Assembly: GCA_963847445.1 (NCBI GenBank) | Contig: CAWJZV010000024.1 | Coordinates: 32,001-96,000, forward strand | From: an uncultured delta proteobacterium | Lineage (GTDB): Bacteria; Desulfobacterota; Binatia; UBA9968 | Direction: 5' to 3' | DNA: 64,000 nucleotides | In this document: positions 63,497-64,000 of the stretch, piece after piece | Position numbering within the stretch: position 1 is the first letter of the stretch | How the letters are laid out: the number at the start of each line of letters is the position of its first letter | Notes under the pieces: model-generated | The model's database searches: none | The model's input: only the letters and a program-made list of their open reading frames with translations | What the model was told of the DNA's origin: nothing | Made by a program: the position numbers and the translations under genes

Positions 63497-64000
63497 ATGA
63501 TGAAACTTGCACAGCTGACCTGTTGTCTATTGGTTGTCTGCGTCGCCGCCGGCGCACAAGCCCAAGCGCCGTTTTACGAAGGAAAAAATATCCTCTTAGT
63601 CAGCGGCACCGACGCCGGCGGCGCCGGCGACCTGCGCACGCGAGCGCTCCTCGCACCGCTGAAGAAACATATTCCCGGCCAGCCCAATATCGTCATGCAA
63701 TACATGCCCGGCGCCGGCGGCCGGAGAGCAGCCAATTATCTTTACAAGTCGGTGAAACCCGACGGCTTGACCATGGGTGCCATGATTACCGGCATGATTC
63801 AGGGCACGCTGTTCGGCGAAAGCGACGTGCTCTACGACATCGACAAGTTCATCTATCTCGGCTCCCACGCGCGCTACGCGCCCTACGGCTTCATCAGCCG
63901 CAAAGGCGCCGGTTTCACGACCAAGGAAAAACTCGCCGCCGCCACTGGAGTGCGCATCGGCGCTCCCTCCGTCGGTCACAGCCTGTACACCATGGCGCGG
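63497..64000 (+). CDS. TctC/Bug family substrate-binding protein (runs off the window)
   Basis: Signal peptide, AQAPFYEGK, GGAGDLR, KKHIPGQP..YMPGAGG, KPDGLT. Confidence 0.85.
   Translation, partial: MMKLAQLTCCLLVVCVAAGAQAQAPFYEGKNILLVSGTDAGGAGDLRTRALLAPLKKHIPGQPNIVMQYMPGAGGRRAANYLYKSVKPDGLTMGAMITGMIQGTLFGESDVLYDIDKFIYLGSHARYAPYGFISRKGAGFTTKEKLAAATGVRIGAPSVGHSLYTMAR

Noticed and set aside
1-64000. tRNA-Sec, selA/selB/selD, other tRNA/rRNA, transposases
   Set aside because: None recognised in this window. Sec machinery would have to be encoded elsewhere, which remains unverified.

Overview
GC-rich bacterial chromosomal window. The gene and repeat style suggests a Candidatus Binatia/Deltaproteobacteria-like soil organism (inference). 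It is dominated by about 24 periplasmic solute-binding proteins (12 TctC/Bug, 6 NMT1/SsuA-like, 3 Fe3+/polyamine-type, 2 ABC_sub_bind-type, 1 TAXI), with only two TctA/TctB membrane pairs. It also carries catabolic enzymes (amidohydrolases, two gentisate-dioxygenase-like cupins, UbiD, an enolase-superfamily enzyme, a heme-oxygenase-like diiron protein, dienelactone hydrolase, SDR, VOC), a B12-radical SAM protein and three toxin-antitoxin loci. The main hidden signal is two in-frame UGA (selenocysteine) read-through genes that the ORF track splits or truncates. (1) A 554-aa U-x-x-C (UGSC-like) protein at 4095-2431 lies directly upstream of a thioredoxin reductase. (2) A 429-aa GrdB-like selenoprotein at 42221-43510 has a non-canonical U-G-S-S-T-R-C motif and is paired with a GrdE-like protein lacking the usual processing cysteine, with no grdA/grdC/grdD in the window. 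Both UGAs are followed by SECIS-like hairpins with near-identical geometry. Intergenic DNA is packed with several families of palindromic REP/MITE-like repeats: nested insertions with an empty site, repeats flanking tandem TctC genes, and repeat sequence inside signal peptides. Many genes carry single-base frameshifts, most likely long-read assembly errors, so the start/end coordinates of those genes are approximate. I recognised no rRNA, tRNA or CRISPR array.
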